Shown here: positions 27,987 through 40,086 of the stretch, piece by piece
How the letters are laid out: the number at the start of each line of letters is the position of its first letter
Position numbering within the stretch: position 1 is the stretch's first letter
From: Eledone cirrhosa
Lineage: Eukaryota
DNA length: 64,000 nt
Assembly: GCA_964016885.1 (NCBI GenBank)
Contig: OZ024740.1
Coordinates: 65,224,001 to 65,288,000 of the forward strand
Reading direction: 5' to 3'
Notes under the pieces: model-generated
What the model was told of the DNA's origin: nothing
The model's database searches: none
Seen by the model: the letters and a program-made list of their open reading frames with translations, nothing else
Position numbers and translations under genes: made by a program

Positions 27987-30985
27987 TAAAATAACAGATT
28001 AAAGTTTAAGCAAAGAATCGATGCTTTCACCCTTAACGGGATCTTCTGAAACTAACAAAGTCAATCTGTAAACGCAGAACTGGATATTTCAAAAACGTTG
28101 CACCCGGAGGAAGACAGGAAGACGATACTTTGGTTCGTGGAAACGTTCGCTGGCAAAGAACGGAAAAAAAAAGAATAATAGGTCATTAATAGGAGCGGTG
28201 AAGGACGGTGGATTGGCAGTATCGGTAGAGGGTCGGACGCCATGCTTTCCAGCATAGTTACGTCCCTTTACGATCTGAGTTCAAATCCCGCCGAGGTTGA
28301 CTTTGCCTTGCATCCTTACGTGGTCGATAAAATAAAGTACCAGTAATGCACTGGGTAATTGCTGGCCTTGTGCCTAAACTAGAAACAATTAATAGGAGCA
28401 GTGAATAACAATTACGCGCAAAGACAGAACCACGTTTATGGTATACAAGAGGTCGTTCACTAATGTTCTCTTAGGTGGTGCATAGAGACGTTCTCTGGCA
28501 ATGAACGAAAAAACGAAGATAATAAGTCATATGTGGAGCGTGGAGAACAATAGCACGCAAAGACAAAACCACGTAAATGGTATAGCAGAAGTCGTAGACT
28601 AAAATTCTAACTAGGAGACCAAATGAATCTCCGCTACAGGGTTAAAAACAAAGTAAATAAATACAATACAGAAGTAATAGAAATAAATAAATACATAGAC
28701 GCAAACAAATACGTACATACACAAGCATACGCAAAACCTTACCATAGGTATACAAAACCACGCACATATAAATATGTGTGTGTGTGTATGCTTGTGTACA
28801 AATAAATAAATAATTATATAAACGTATATAAGTAAATAAGTACGTATATAACAAGCGCACACACATACCTACAAATAAATACACGAATGTTCGGAGACGT
28901 AAGTCAACTAAAACAAGAAGTACACATATACACACACCCACCATACGTACGAACCTGCATACTGACGCAGACGCAAAACTCCCGTATACACATAGCCAAA
29001 CCCTAAATACCATATATATATATAAAAATTATACGCCATAACAATCAAATATACGTACTAGAAGGTATACATAACATCACAAAACATACGGGTAATATAT
29101 ACTTACCTATGCGAATAAGTAAAGGAATAAACAAAACATATACTTAGCTCCCACATCAAGACGTAAAATATCCACGTATAGTTCGTACTATCCGTTAGGG
29201 TATAACGTGGAGCTGTAATACAGGAAAGTTTTGTTCAATTTATGTTTACAAGCCGAAATTGCCTCAGATCTTTTGTTTAAGATGTTGTCTGTGGCGTAGA
29301 GTATGTCCAGGGCCTCAGCGGCGCAGAGGTCACATGGTCTTTTATTTCCGTTATACGATCTAGCCCTAGCTAGGATCTCCCAGTGTAACTTATATTGGGT
29401 GTGGTTGTCTTTTAGACTCCAGATATAAGCTGAAAGTGACGTCATATTCCTTCTTAGAGGGTAACGAAAAGAATGGGTATGCATGTAAAGACGCTGCTTG
29501 AAACTATTGGCGGTTAACCCTATGTAGGCCCTACGGACGTGGGTGTTACAACCTTATATTTGTAGACAATGTTACTAGAGAGGCATTTCCCGGATAGGGG
29601 GCAATCAGCCCGATTCTTAAAATTACAGTTAGTACTAACTACAGGGTTGCACGTGTTCCTACGGCTAGGTAGTTTAGCTAAATTTGAAGCTGTGATATTA
29701 TGTGCAAGGTTAGGAGTCGTAGAGTAAGAATTTTTAATAGTATTTCTATTAAAAATTTTACTATATTTATGTGTACGAGGAAAATGCTTCGTATTAAGGG
29801 AAAGAAAGACCTTAGCTAATGGTGGGGCCACCTCCATATTATATGGTGGGTTAAACCAACAAATGCGACGGGATCTATTTCTTCTAGGTCTATTTTCGTA
29901 CTCTGTATATGCTACCTTATCGACAAATCCACTTCGAGCATTAGCTTCATTGTAATAAGTGGAATGGTCGTTGAAAATGCGTTCGTTGGTGGAAAGACGG
30001 GAAAGCCTCAACGAAACGTTTCTTACCAGGTTCTTGGTTATGCTGGCAGGATGGTTGGAATGCTTACTTATGTAATTAAGCGTATCATTCGTCTTTCTAT
30101 ACGGGTAATACAACCCATTCAATAAATTGAGTGTAACTTCGAGGTAATTAACGACCGAGAGATTGGCCTCAACCTGTATAGAGAGGTTGAAGCCTTTAAA
30201 GAAGGCTGTGAGTTCTTTTCTGAACCTGTCGCAAGCACGAGGTCCGCACTTAGTCATGGTCAAAAGACCATCGTCACGGTAAAAACCACCGCCTGCGTTG
30301 GTGAATTCGTCCTTGATAGAGAAAAGAAGGAAAATGCTAATAAGATCAGTAACGTCCGCAGAGTCACCGGCGCCCATACTCACGTCGAATGGGGTACTAT
30401 TGGATTTTTTAATCCAAATAGAGTCGTCGAAATTAATCACCGACTTTCGGGCATTAAGGATGACATCAACTTCGAAATCCTTAACCGCTGTGAGTGTTTT
30501 AGCGAAATTGATAGCTCTAAGGAGAAGTGGTAAAGTGATGGAGGAGTAGTAATTGTTGATGTCGAATTGGATAAAACGGCAATGTTCCTTGTTACATATG
30601 CCGTTGAACCAATCAATCACCGCGAAAGAATTATTCCACAGTGCAAGAGGGGCCAAAGTTCTAATTTCAGGTATAATTCTATCAAGAATCGTTTTACTAA
30701 GTCTACCTAAATCGGACTTCGTAGGGTTAATAAGCCGAATAGAGGGGTTGTTCGGAAAATTGGATTTGTGATCCTTCAGAGTAAAGTGGGGAGAAATAGG
30801 GTCCAGAGGTTCGGTCCGGTCCAGGATGTTACGATCAGATGTGATTTTAAACCCAGCATCGTTGATTTCATTGATGACGCACCGATTAGTTTTACGGTAA
30901 TCCTTAGTTACAGCATTATGTAGTAGTTGATGGTAAATACTGCGCTCCACTTGATATAGGTTGCCAGTTTTGTCGGAATGGACGT
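27982..30985 (-). mobile_element. 5'-truncated Naiad-type PLE (family B) with a nested SINE
   Basis: ORF 29520..31025 (HSDKTGNLY, TLKDHK, QFDINNYY, MGAGDSA, GFYRDD) and GIY-YIG tail 29188..29484; 3' UTR closely matches 16330-17460. Confidence 0.92.
28203..28387 (+). mobile_element. tRNA-derived SINE (~185 bp) with an 18-bp TSD
   Basis: A box TGGCAGTATCGG, B box GAGTTCAAATCC, central gactttgcctt(g)catccttacg..gtcgataaaataaagtaccag. TSD attaataggagc(g/a)gtgaa at 28185-28202 and 28388-28405. Confidence 0.93.
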
Positions 30986-31689
30986 GCATGCGTGTAGCCA
31001 GCATATGTACGAGACACAAATACACACACTCTCACACACATATATGTAAGTGTACATCCACACGTACATAGACACACACGCACACACTCCCCCCCTTTTC
31101 ATATAAATCGGGAAACTAATAAGTCTTTTATCACAGTTTTTTCGTTTCCTTGAACTATATCTGTTAGACACGCAGTGACTAACTAACAAGAAGAATGTTT
31201 TAAATCTGCGTGTCTGATCTGACTGACATACATGCGTAGCTTGGGAATAAAACAAATCAAGGGGTATCGCTGGCCGTGGTGATCCCCCCCCCCCAAGCAT
31301 ATTTTGTAATGTATCGTCTTATTGGCTAATTTCATCGTCATATTGGCTATTCAACCAACGAGAGTAATTGTTGCTCAAAAGCATCTGCCACTTTGTTTCC
31401 ACGTTTATTTATCGTTTCGCTTTCGAATCTTCCTCCAGTATTTCGTCGTTTATCATCAAAATATTTTTCTCGTTTTGGTAAGTTATATTGTTAATTTATA
31501 TATGATTTTTTAAATTTATATTAACTATTAGAAGTCTGAAAATATTTTTATACATCTTACAATAATATTTATATGATCATTTGTAAAATAACAATTATAT
31601 AATCTAATTACATTACAACGATAATTTAGTATTAATTTATATCATGTTTAACTAGAGTTATTACAAGCGTTTCCTTAAAAACATATTAA

Positions 31690-32134
31690 ACTAGACCTGA
31701 AAAATGTGCAGGCTCAAAAGAGCCACAGAATGTTATAAAAAACCTTCAAACGTGTGGGACTAGAGTTGTTGCTCAAAAATATTGTAATGATTATCTATCG
31801 TACACACTGTGGCACCCTTTTATAAAAAAAGAGACTCATAACGAACTGAAGACGACACGATAATTATTTAAGTGAATTTATAATATATAATTCGGTTTAA
31901 GTGCATTTCGTATTAATCATTACTAAACATCTAATATGAGATATTGAACATTAGCTTAAATAATTATCGTGTCGTCTTGAGTTCGTTATGAGTCTCTTTT
32001 TTATAAAAGGATGCGGCAGAGTGTACGATAGATAATGATTACAATATTTTTGAGGAACAACTCTAGTCCCACACTTTTGAAGGTTTATTATAACATTCTG
32101 TGGCTCTTTTGAACTTGCGCATTTTTCAGGTCTA

Positions 32135-32136
<2 letters not shown>
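31690..32136. mobile_element. Fold-back element with ~182-bp arms and CTAG termini (MITE or inverted Helitron-type ends)
   Basis: 31690-31872 and 31955-32136 are imperfect inverted repeats with an ~82-bp AT-rich spacer. Confidence 0.75.
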
Positions 32137-32207
<71 letters not shown>

Positions 32208-32211
<4 letters not shown>

Positions 32212-33578
32212 GTTTAGTAGTCAGTTACAAATATTAAGCTCTAAGAAAATACTTCTGAGCATTACATTATAATTTAAAAAATAATAAAAAAAAATATATG
32301 ATCAACACTACTGTGTTTTTTTTGCAAAATGACAATCATTTTTTAACCAGATAGAAATACCTTAATTCAAGTACATATAGTCCGTCTGTATCGATCTAGA
32401 GAATATTAAATATTAAATCTATACTTACAGACGTAAAATGGCAACTGCCTGGTGCCTAGACAAGTTTAAATTTCAAAATTCAAACCTTTTCAGCAGATCG
32501 GGCAGAACTTCCAAACGTAAACCTGTTTCACAAGGGATGTTATACTAATGAAATCATTAATTAATTACGGAAAAACTATTTATAAAATAATTATTAGTAA
32601 AGTAATCAATTTTCTGTGATCTTCGGTAGGCACCCAGAAATTAAAATCACTTCTCCTAAGATAATATCTTAAGACTGATCTGTCGCAAGCCTAATACATG
32701 TGCTTTTGCACACGACCTTCTCAGCATTCTGGCTCATATCCATGGCGCTAGAAATAGCAGCCATGAATATGTGATTATGAATTCAGCTCACAGTAGGAGC
32801 AGATTAATTTCAGTTTAGTAGTCAGTTACAAATATTAAGCTCTAAGAAAATACTTCTGAGCATTACATTATAATTTAAAAAATAATTAAAAAAAATATAT
32901 GATCAACACTACTGTGTTTTTTTTGCAAAATGACAATCATTTTTTAGCCAGATAGAAATACCTTAATTCAAGTACATATAGTCCGTCTGTATCGATCTAG
33001 AGAACATTAAATATTAAATCTATACTTACAGACGTAAAATGGCAACTGCCTGGTGCCTAGACAAGTTTAAATTTCAAAATTCAAACCTTTTCAGCAGATC
33101 GGGCGGAACTTCAAAACGTAAACCTGTTTCACAAGGGATGTTATACTAATGAAATAATTAATTAATTACGGAACAACTATTTATAAAATAATTATTAGTA
33201 AAGTAATCAATTTTCTGTGATCTTCGGTAGGCACCCAGAAATTAAAATCACTTCTCCTAAGATAATATCTTAAGACTGATCTGTCGCAAGCCTAATACAT
33301 GTGCTTTTGCACATGACCTTCTCAGCATTCTGGCTCATATCCATGGCGCTAGAAATAGCAGCCGTGAATATGTGATTATGAATTCAGCTCACCGTAGGAG
33401 CAGATTAATTTCAGTTTAGTAGTCAGTTACAAATATTAAGCTCTAAGAAAATACTTCTGAGCATTACATTATAATTTAAAAAATAATAAAAAAAAATATA
33501 TAATCAACACTACTGTGTTTTTTTTGCAAAATGACAATCATTTTTTAGCCAGATAGAAATACCTTAATTCAAGTACAT
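32208..33578 (-). mobile_element. Retrozyme-like element, locus 3: 601-bp unit x2.3
   Basis: ttcagtttagtagtcagttac at 32208, 32809 and 33410; copies nearly identical; shares motifs and helices with loci 1 and 2. Confidence 0.88.
32451..32634 (-). ncRNA. Oversized type I hammerhead, CCGAAGA (U4C) core; second copy at 33052-33235
   Basis: Minus strand: GGTGCCTA CCGAAGA tcacag..cttgt GAAA caggttta..taaactt GTC TAGGCACC. Base of stem II is weak. Confidence 0.7.
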
Positions 33579-34494
33579 CTGTGGGGGGAGGGGGGGGGGG
33601 TCTGCCATGTATATGAAGAAATAGAAGGCATAGATGCAATACAATAAAGAAAAGAGAAAATAAATAGAAAATAAATGAAAAATTAATGAAAAATGAAAAA
33701 AGAAAAATGAAAAAAGAAAAATGATAAAAGAAAAATGAAAAAAGAGAGATGGTGACAGGATGGATGAAGAAACACACACAGATACTTCTAAATGTCAGCA
33801 GCAGCAAGACATATGCTGACCACAACACCAACACCACTACCAAAATAAGGATAGAGATCGGATGTACTTAACAATAGCAAAAACAAACACTACAGGGAGC
33901 CTCACCCCAGAAAGAATTTCTATAGACTTTTGACTGAGGAATGCTCTCAAAACTGACCAATGGGAGGAGTGAACTTACAAATCTTTATAACATTGAGATT
34001 GGGTATAACACACACACATTTTAATTTGATTATTTTATTTTGTTCCTTTACCATCTTATTCCCTCTACCACTTTATCATTTTTTGGAGCTGACTCCAACA
34101 CCAACACCACTACCAACATAAGAGTAGAGGTCAGATGTACTTAACAATAACAAGAACAACCACTACAGATTGCCTCGCCTCAGAAGGAATTTCTATAGAC
34201 TTTTGACTGAGGAATGTTCTCACAACTGATCAATGAGAGGAGAAGATGTCCTTTGACGCTGAAATTCGTTTGTTTAAATTCATATGATTCCAGTTCCTCT
34301 GTGAAATAACAACCCAACCAGGAACTGGGCATATAAGAGTATTGACAAAGTTAAACACCTCAACAACATGTATACTCGTCTCTACCACACTATTTCGGAC
34401 TGCCTGAAGAGGTCACAGTCAAAGATGGCTGTCACCGAAATATATATAGCAGTAATAAACGAAGCAAAATTTTAAACATTTGACTTATTTATTT

Positions 34495-34496
<2 letters not shown>
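33579..34496 (+). mobile_element. Probable PLE 3'-UTR/pLTR fragment ending in HHR, AATAAA and (TA)n
   Basis: Starts with a G-run, has an internal ~270-bp duplication (33823-33970 vs 34096-34241) and a terminal minimal HHR; no coding remnant. Confidence 0.65.
34399..34453 (+). ncRNA. Minimal type I hammerhead ribozyme
   Basis: ACTGC CTGAAGA ggtcacagtc-aaagat-ggctgtcacc GAAA tatata TA GCAGT, immediately followed by AATAAA. Confidence 0.88.
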
Positions 34497-34585
<89 letters not shown>

Positions 34586-36329
34586 CGTGTGTGAGGGAAA
34601 GAATGATTTAGAGTAAATGCACTTTTTTCATCTTTAGATAAATATAAGAACTTGAAACACAGGTATTTCATCAGAATATGGTATGGATTTGTGTGTTAAT
34701 AGTTGCTTTTAACATATGCAATAACGAACATTCGTCCACCCTCCTTACATGCAGTGAATGGTAGTGGTGAATTAACTTGGACATTTGAAGACATTCCAAC
34801 TCTTTTTCAAGACTTAGCATAAACCTTTTTTTATAATATTTTCCCCACGCCACATCATGTTTATGTATTGCTATTATTATCTGTATCAAGACTAGTTTTT
34901 TTAATGGACCAGAGTATGAACGTAGGATGTATTTCACTAACGGCGGAAATGTAAAAAGATAATTTCTCCCACTCTTAGTAACATATACAAAACATTCATC
35001 CTATAATATATATTAGATGTATATATTCTAAATTGATATATCTGGCTAAATATATGTTTAAAACGAAAATCCATTACATTTATAATCTATCATAAATAGA
35101 TATACATATATTCATGAATATAAAAGTGATTATCCATTCAATGTGGCATATTTTATTGGCAATGCTAGTATCATGCATTTGATTTTTGACTGCTTCTTAC
35201 AGTGTATCTTGATATCTTATTCCAACCATGTTACTATTTATTCAAGAAAAACACAGATAGAAAGACGGGTGAAGAATCAACCGCAGTACTTGATAAGTAG
35301 TATATCTATCGCGCACAAAAGGCTGAAATGTATGGTTGACATCGACGGATTTTCAACTATGAGTGTAGAGATTTCGGAACGAATAGCGAAAACTTTGTCT
35401 CCAATATTCTCACTATGTACTGATTCATACTTTAGTTACTCTGAAATGTAGATTTGATGAAATCATATATTCTGGGGAGACTTAAGGGAACTCATATAAC
35501 ATTGAGAGACGATTTTTGAAGAAACGTCAGAAATAATGCTGCTGGCATTATCATGTTTGAGGACATGTCTTTTAATAGCTCTAACGTTTTTTCTGTTCTG
35601 ACATTCATTTCGTTTCAGAGATATATCTACAGACGTGGAATTAACTGAGCAATAAAAAAGAAGGTATACTGTAATACTTGCTTTAAAAGCAGAGCATAGT
35701 GAATTAGAGCAGTCTCGCTTCCCGAAGGTTGCACGGTCATTTGTTTTCAAATTTCGCAAAGCGCTGGAAGCCACTGACTGGGATTCTACAGCTGCAACCA
35801 AACCTAAGACGTGGGCTGAGTGTCCGAATAATATCAAAGCACCGCTGAGAGGCTTTCCCAGAATTCAATTGACCCCATTGTTCAATGTTTAAATGCACAC
35901 CATTGGAGTAATTATGCATGAGGATCTCCAATATATGTCCTATGTGATGCAGAGAGGAAACTTCATGTCTGCAAGAGTAGAGAAAACTGCCTGATTCACA
36001 CAAAATATCTTTTGAACAAGTTGGAATATCAAGAGTCTAAAATGCTTTGCTTTTTCTCTGATAAGAAAATAACTTATACCGAGACCGAACTCTCAATGAA
36101 AGGAATGACAGATGATTATGCAGAGATATCAAAACCTTCCCAATCTTAAGGTACACAAAGATATCTGCAACTGTTATGATTCTGAGAGTAATGAGGATCA
36201 TACATCCTCACGCCATTACTCAAGTGATAAGTGTGAAAAGGATGTTGGAGGGGGACCTAAAGAGCTATTTAGGGAGCGTGGGCAAAAGAAGACCTTACAC
36301 CTATCAACAAGACTGTGCCTTCGCTACCC

Positions 36330-36600
36330 TAGAATGGATGAGTTACGATCCCCAAGATTAAGTCACTCCAAACGTATGGAGGTTTCGCACTTCAGTTCTG
36401 AATCTGTTGGACTATTAGGTATTGGCCTTAGTCAAGAAGGAAGCCAATAAACACACGCATAACATTATAAAACGTCTGATATCCGCCATAACTAGCACGA
36501 TGTCCAAAATAGGTCATCTGATTCGGGTATATCAATGCTTTATTCCTCGTATTGAAGTAGTCATCGAGGCGAACGGCGGATGTTTTAGCAAATGCATCGC
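36330..36600 (+). mobile_element. Degenerate Tc1/mariner-superfamily transposase C-terminus
   Basis: W..SSVLNLLDY (decayed WPxxSPDLNPLDY), then LVKKEANKHTHN..RIEVVIEANGGCF. Confidence 0.7.
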
Positions 36601-38306
36601 GAAGGCTTGCAAAAATCTCTTCTTTCATGACTTATGCGCCTTTTACTAAATTAATACAAATGTTCTCAAACTGCTGAGCAGCATTGCATGTTGGTAGATT
36701 TGTTTTTGTCATTAAAACATTGTCCAACAAATCATGAATAACGGCGCATTGTGTAAGGAATAATACAATGATGGCGTCGGCAGAGAATTGATAATATCTC
36801 AGATTTCAACCCACCGTGAATTAGCATATTTCTTATACTATTTAATGCTGCTCATGAGTTCGTGTATTTAAGAGAATATTTGTTTTACATTTCTGCTCGC
36901 AATAGAAAACCTGCAACATAATTCACATTCATTAAAGAATGAATGTGTATATGATATTATTAGCAAATACATGTGCCAGAAGCCAGAAATTCTCAATCGA
37001 GTATATTCTGCAATCGTATATGTAGTAATAATCTTGTAAAAATACGTTTTAATGGTAAATTATAGGCAACATACATTACGATTGTGGATAATGAAATAAA
37101 CATTATTATTATTTACATGTATAAAATGATCCCTTGTTCTCTATTTCGACAGACTTTTATCGACATTTTACGGTTTTCCATTTGCTTAAATACTACATAC
37201 GGAGACTAGAATATGTTAATGCCTTGCCGATCGGTTTTCAACTAACAGTTAAGCAATCGGAAGTGTGAGAAGTACAACATATGGAGTCGATATAATACAA
37301 AACAGCAAGCATAAAATTAATATATGTTAATACTGAAGCTACGATATCACTGATTAGCTGTATGTAAAGAGAAGAGCTTCGTAACTATGAATTCTTCCTG
37401 CAACGCAATTCAAAGTGGACTGTGCTGAACTATGCGGCATTGACTCTAATACTATCATTTACGGAACAGCCATAATATTAACTGAAAAGTCACAAGTATT
37501 TCCTTCTTAAAATATGAGTCCTTTACATTTCTTTCCACCTTCCTATCTAATTTATCCTTCGTATATATTTCAAAGAAAATGCAGATAATTGAATAACCAG
37601 AGAAGGCGTCATCATTCTTCTCAACCGATATTTGAAATCTGTCTTGATACAATAAAGTAAAGAGTGGCAGAATAGATTTACGTCCTTTCATATTGCTCCT
37701 TACTTCATATATATTCATATGAATGGGACCAATTCAGTTTTTCCACGATTAATAATAACGTAGCTGCAGATAATCAAATAAAATATAAAGCCCTGGTAAA
37801 CATTCTTCAAGATACACATTTATGATTCATCTAATAGAAATGAGAATTTATTTACAATGCGTATTGATCCTATATATTGAAGTGTGGGTTATATATTTTT
37901 TTTTTCGTTTTTTATTCTTCCATCTAGCTTTTCATCTTCATTCCACAATGTATGACTTAGTTGTATGGATTTCTGTGTAATCTGCTTAGTGAGTTCGAAT
38001 GAAAGTGTTTGCATATGAACTTATCTTTTGTTTCAAATAGAAAACTGTTTAAGATGTTATTCATACAAGAACACTAAATCAAGGGAACAGAGGGATGGAC
38101 AGTAAATACCAATTCGTATAATATACACGTATAATAATTGATAGCTACGGTCGAATTACGGTCGAAGTGATTTGTATTGATTCTCTTATCTAGCTGACTC
38201 AGCAGGACCTGGATTGGCTTGCTGGTTAGTTGGTAAACATAGATACATATGTACACACACACCCACGCACGCACGCATGCGCACACACACACACACACAC
38301 ACACAT

Positions 38307-38349
<43 letters not shown>

Positions 38350-39731
38350 CAGAAAGAGAGAGGAAGAGAAAGGAATATGGATATATGTATGTATGTTCAA
38401 ATGTATGTATATTTGTGTAAGTGTATATGTATGTATGCATACATCTATTTGTGTATATGTTTATGTATGTATGCTTGATAGGATCCACAATTAATTATTG
38501 CTTGTCGTTTATCTCTATAATTCACCAGAACATTATATATTTCTAGTGCTAAGTTTAACTGTTCCAATCCTTAAAACCTATAAATAGTTTAGTTCAAAGA
38601 AAGTTGGCATAATATATTGAGTGAAAGCCTCATAACCATGAATTGATCAGTGGATCATGCTGGAAATGTTTCCTTACAGGGCATAGAGAAGGAAACGCAA
38701 TGCTTAAATAAATCCCATGTATTTGATACGAAAGTTTGATGCAGAATATATGCTTTGAGGTAGTAATTCCCTGCACATCTTTGTCATCTACATACCCTTT
38801 TATGCATGCATGGGTATAACGAGTAAGTCGCATGTTGTACTGGCTTCATCTGACGTTAAGAGACTTAATGTACAATCCTGTAAACACGCCGCACCTTCAA
38901 GGATCAAATCCACAAACATAAGATTGTGAGGTCAAACTGCAGTAAGATTTTACAAAATTACACTATGGAGTTTAAGGTGTACTGACAAAGCAACTATACA
39001 CACAATCATTTATAGTATATAGATATATATATATAAATATATGTGTGTATGTTTTACGGTCAATTTCCGTATTTATCTATTATAAATTCGGCGTCTTACG
39101 GGGAGTGGCGAATAGCAAAATTGGTGTAAACACGACTTAAATAAGTCCCATTATTGAGTTTGGTCAGCAGTGTTAATTCTAAGTGATTTAGGCTTTTATT
39201 ATACGATAAGACATTTACAAATATAGTGATAATTACCATTTAACATCCGGCGTATATCTGTACAACATCCGGCGTATATCTGTAGAAAGCTAGATATTCA
39301 GACCCTGTATGATTCAATACACTAGGAAAATAAATATACGTTAATATATGTGAAATCTACAGTACATGCAAACCTTGAAGAAACAGCAGCCAAATCTACC
39401 TCACCACATAGCTATACATGTTCATATTTAAACGTTTTCTATTGATTCTGGTCGATTTTACATTTTCACATAGATAACTTTATACTGGTGATATGTTGTT
39501 AATATATATATTGTTGTTATATATATATATATACAAATGGAAGTACAGCATAATCGAAGGTCTGGTGCAGCTAAGCTAACGATTGAAATCGGGATGTGCA
39601 GGTAAGCAATCAATAAGCTATTTTACCTTAGAGCTATAACATTACGTTTAGACAGCTTTGCAAATTGAAGACAGCGACTGCAGTGATCAAAGGAACGAAA
39701 AAAACTGACTCAGAAAAATATGACATATATA

Positions 39732-40034
39732 TATAAGGACAAAAGATGAAATCGAAAATGCAACTAGAGTCTTTTTAAGAATATTTATTTGGTTCCTTTA
39801 CCGGTTTCGCAGTTCTTATGCTTTTCAAAATTAGAATTGAGATGGACGGTTTGTGGCTTTTCTCACGTAGATGCGAGAAAAGCATAATAACTTTTGAAAA
39901 GTATAAGAAATGCCAAACCGATAAAGGAACCAAATAAATATTCTTAAAAAGACTCCAGTTGCATTTTCGATTTCATCTTTTTTCCTTATACTTTCACTAG
40001 TTTTTTTTTTTAATTTTGGAAAAATAACCTCATC

Positions 40035-40040
<6 letters not shown>
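39732..40040. mobile_element. PLE-tail fold-back (family D) in (TA)n with HHR copies in both arms
   Basis: 39732-39830 and 39891-39989 are inverted. Minus strand 39795-39830 reads TTGAAAA gcat-aagaa-ctgc GAAA ccgg TA aagg. Confidence 0.75.

Positions 40041-40083
<43 letters not shown>

Positions 40084-40086
<3 letters not shown>

Noticed and set aside
34640-36060. Possible decayed host gene on the minus strand (ORFs 35463..35837, 35737..36003, 34671..34937)
   Set aside because: No recognisable domain, several stops and no clear splice structure.
39242-39284. 22-bp tandem duplication aacatccggcgtatatctgta(c/g)
   Set aside because: An isolated local duplication with no further structure.
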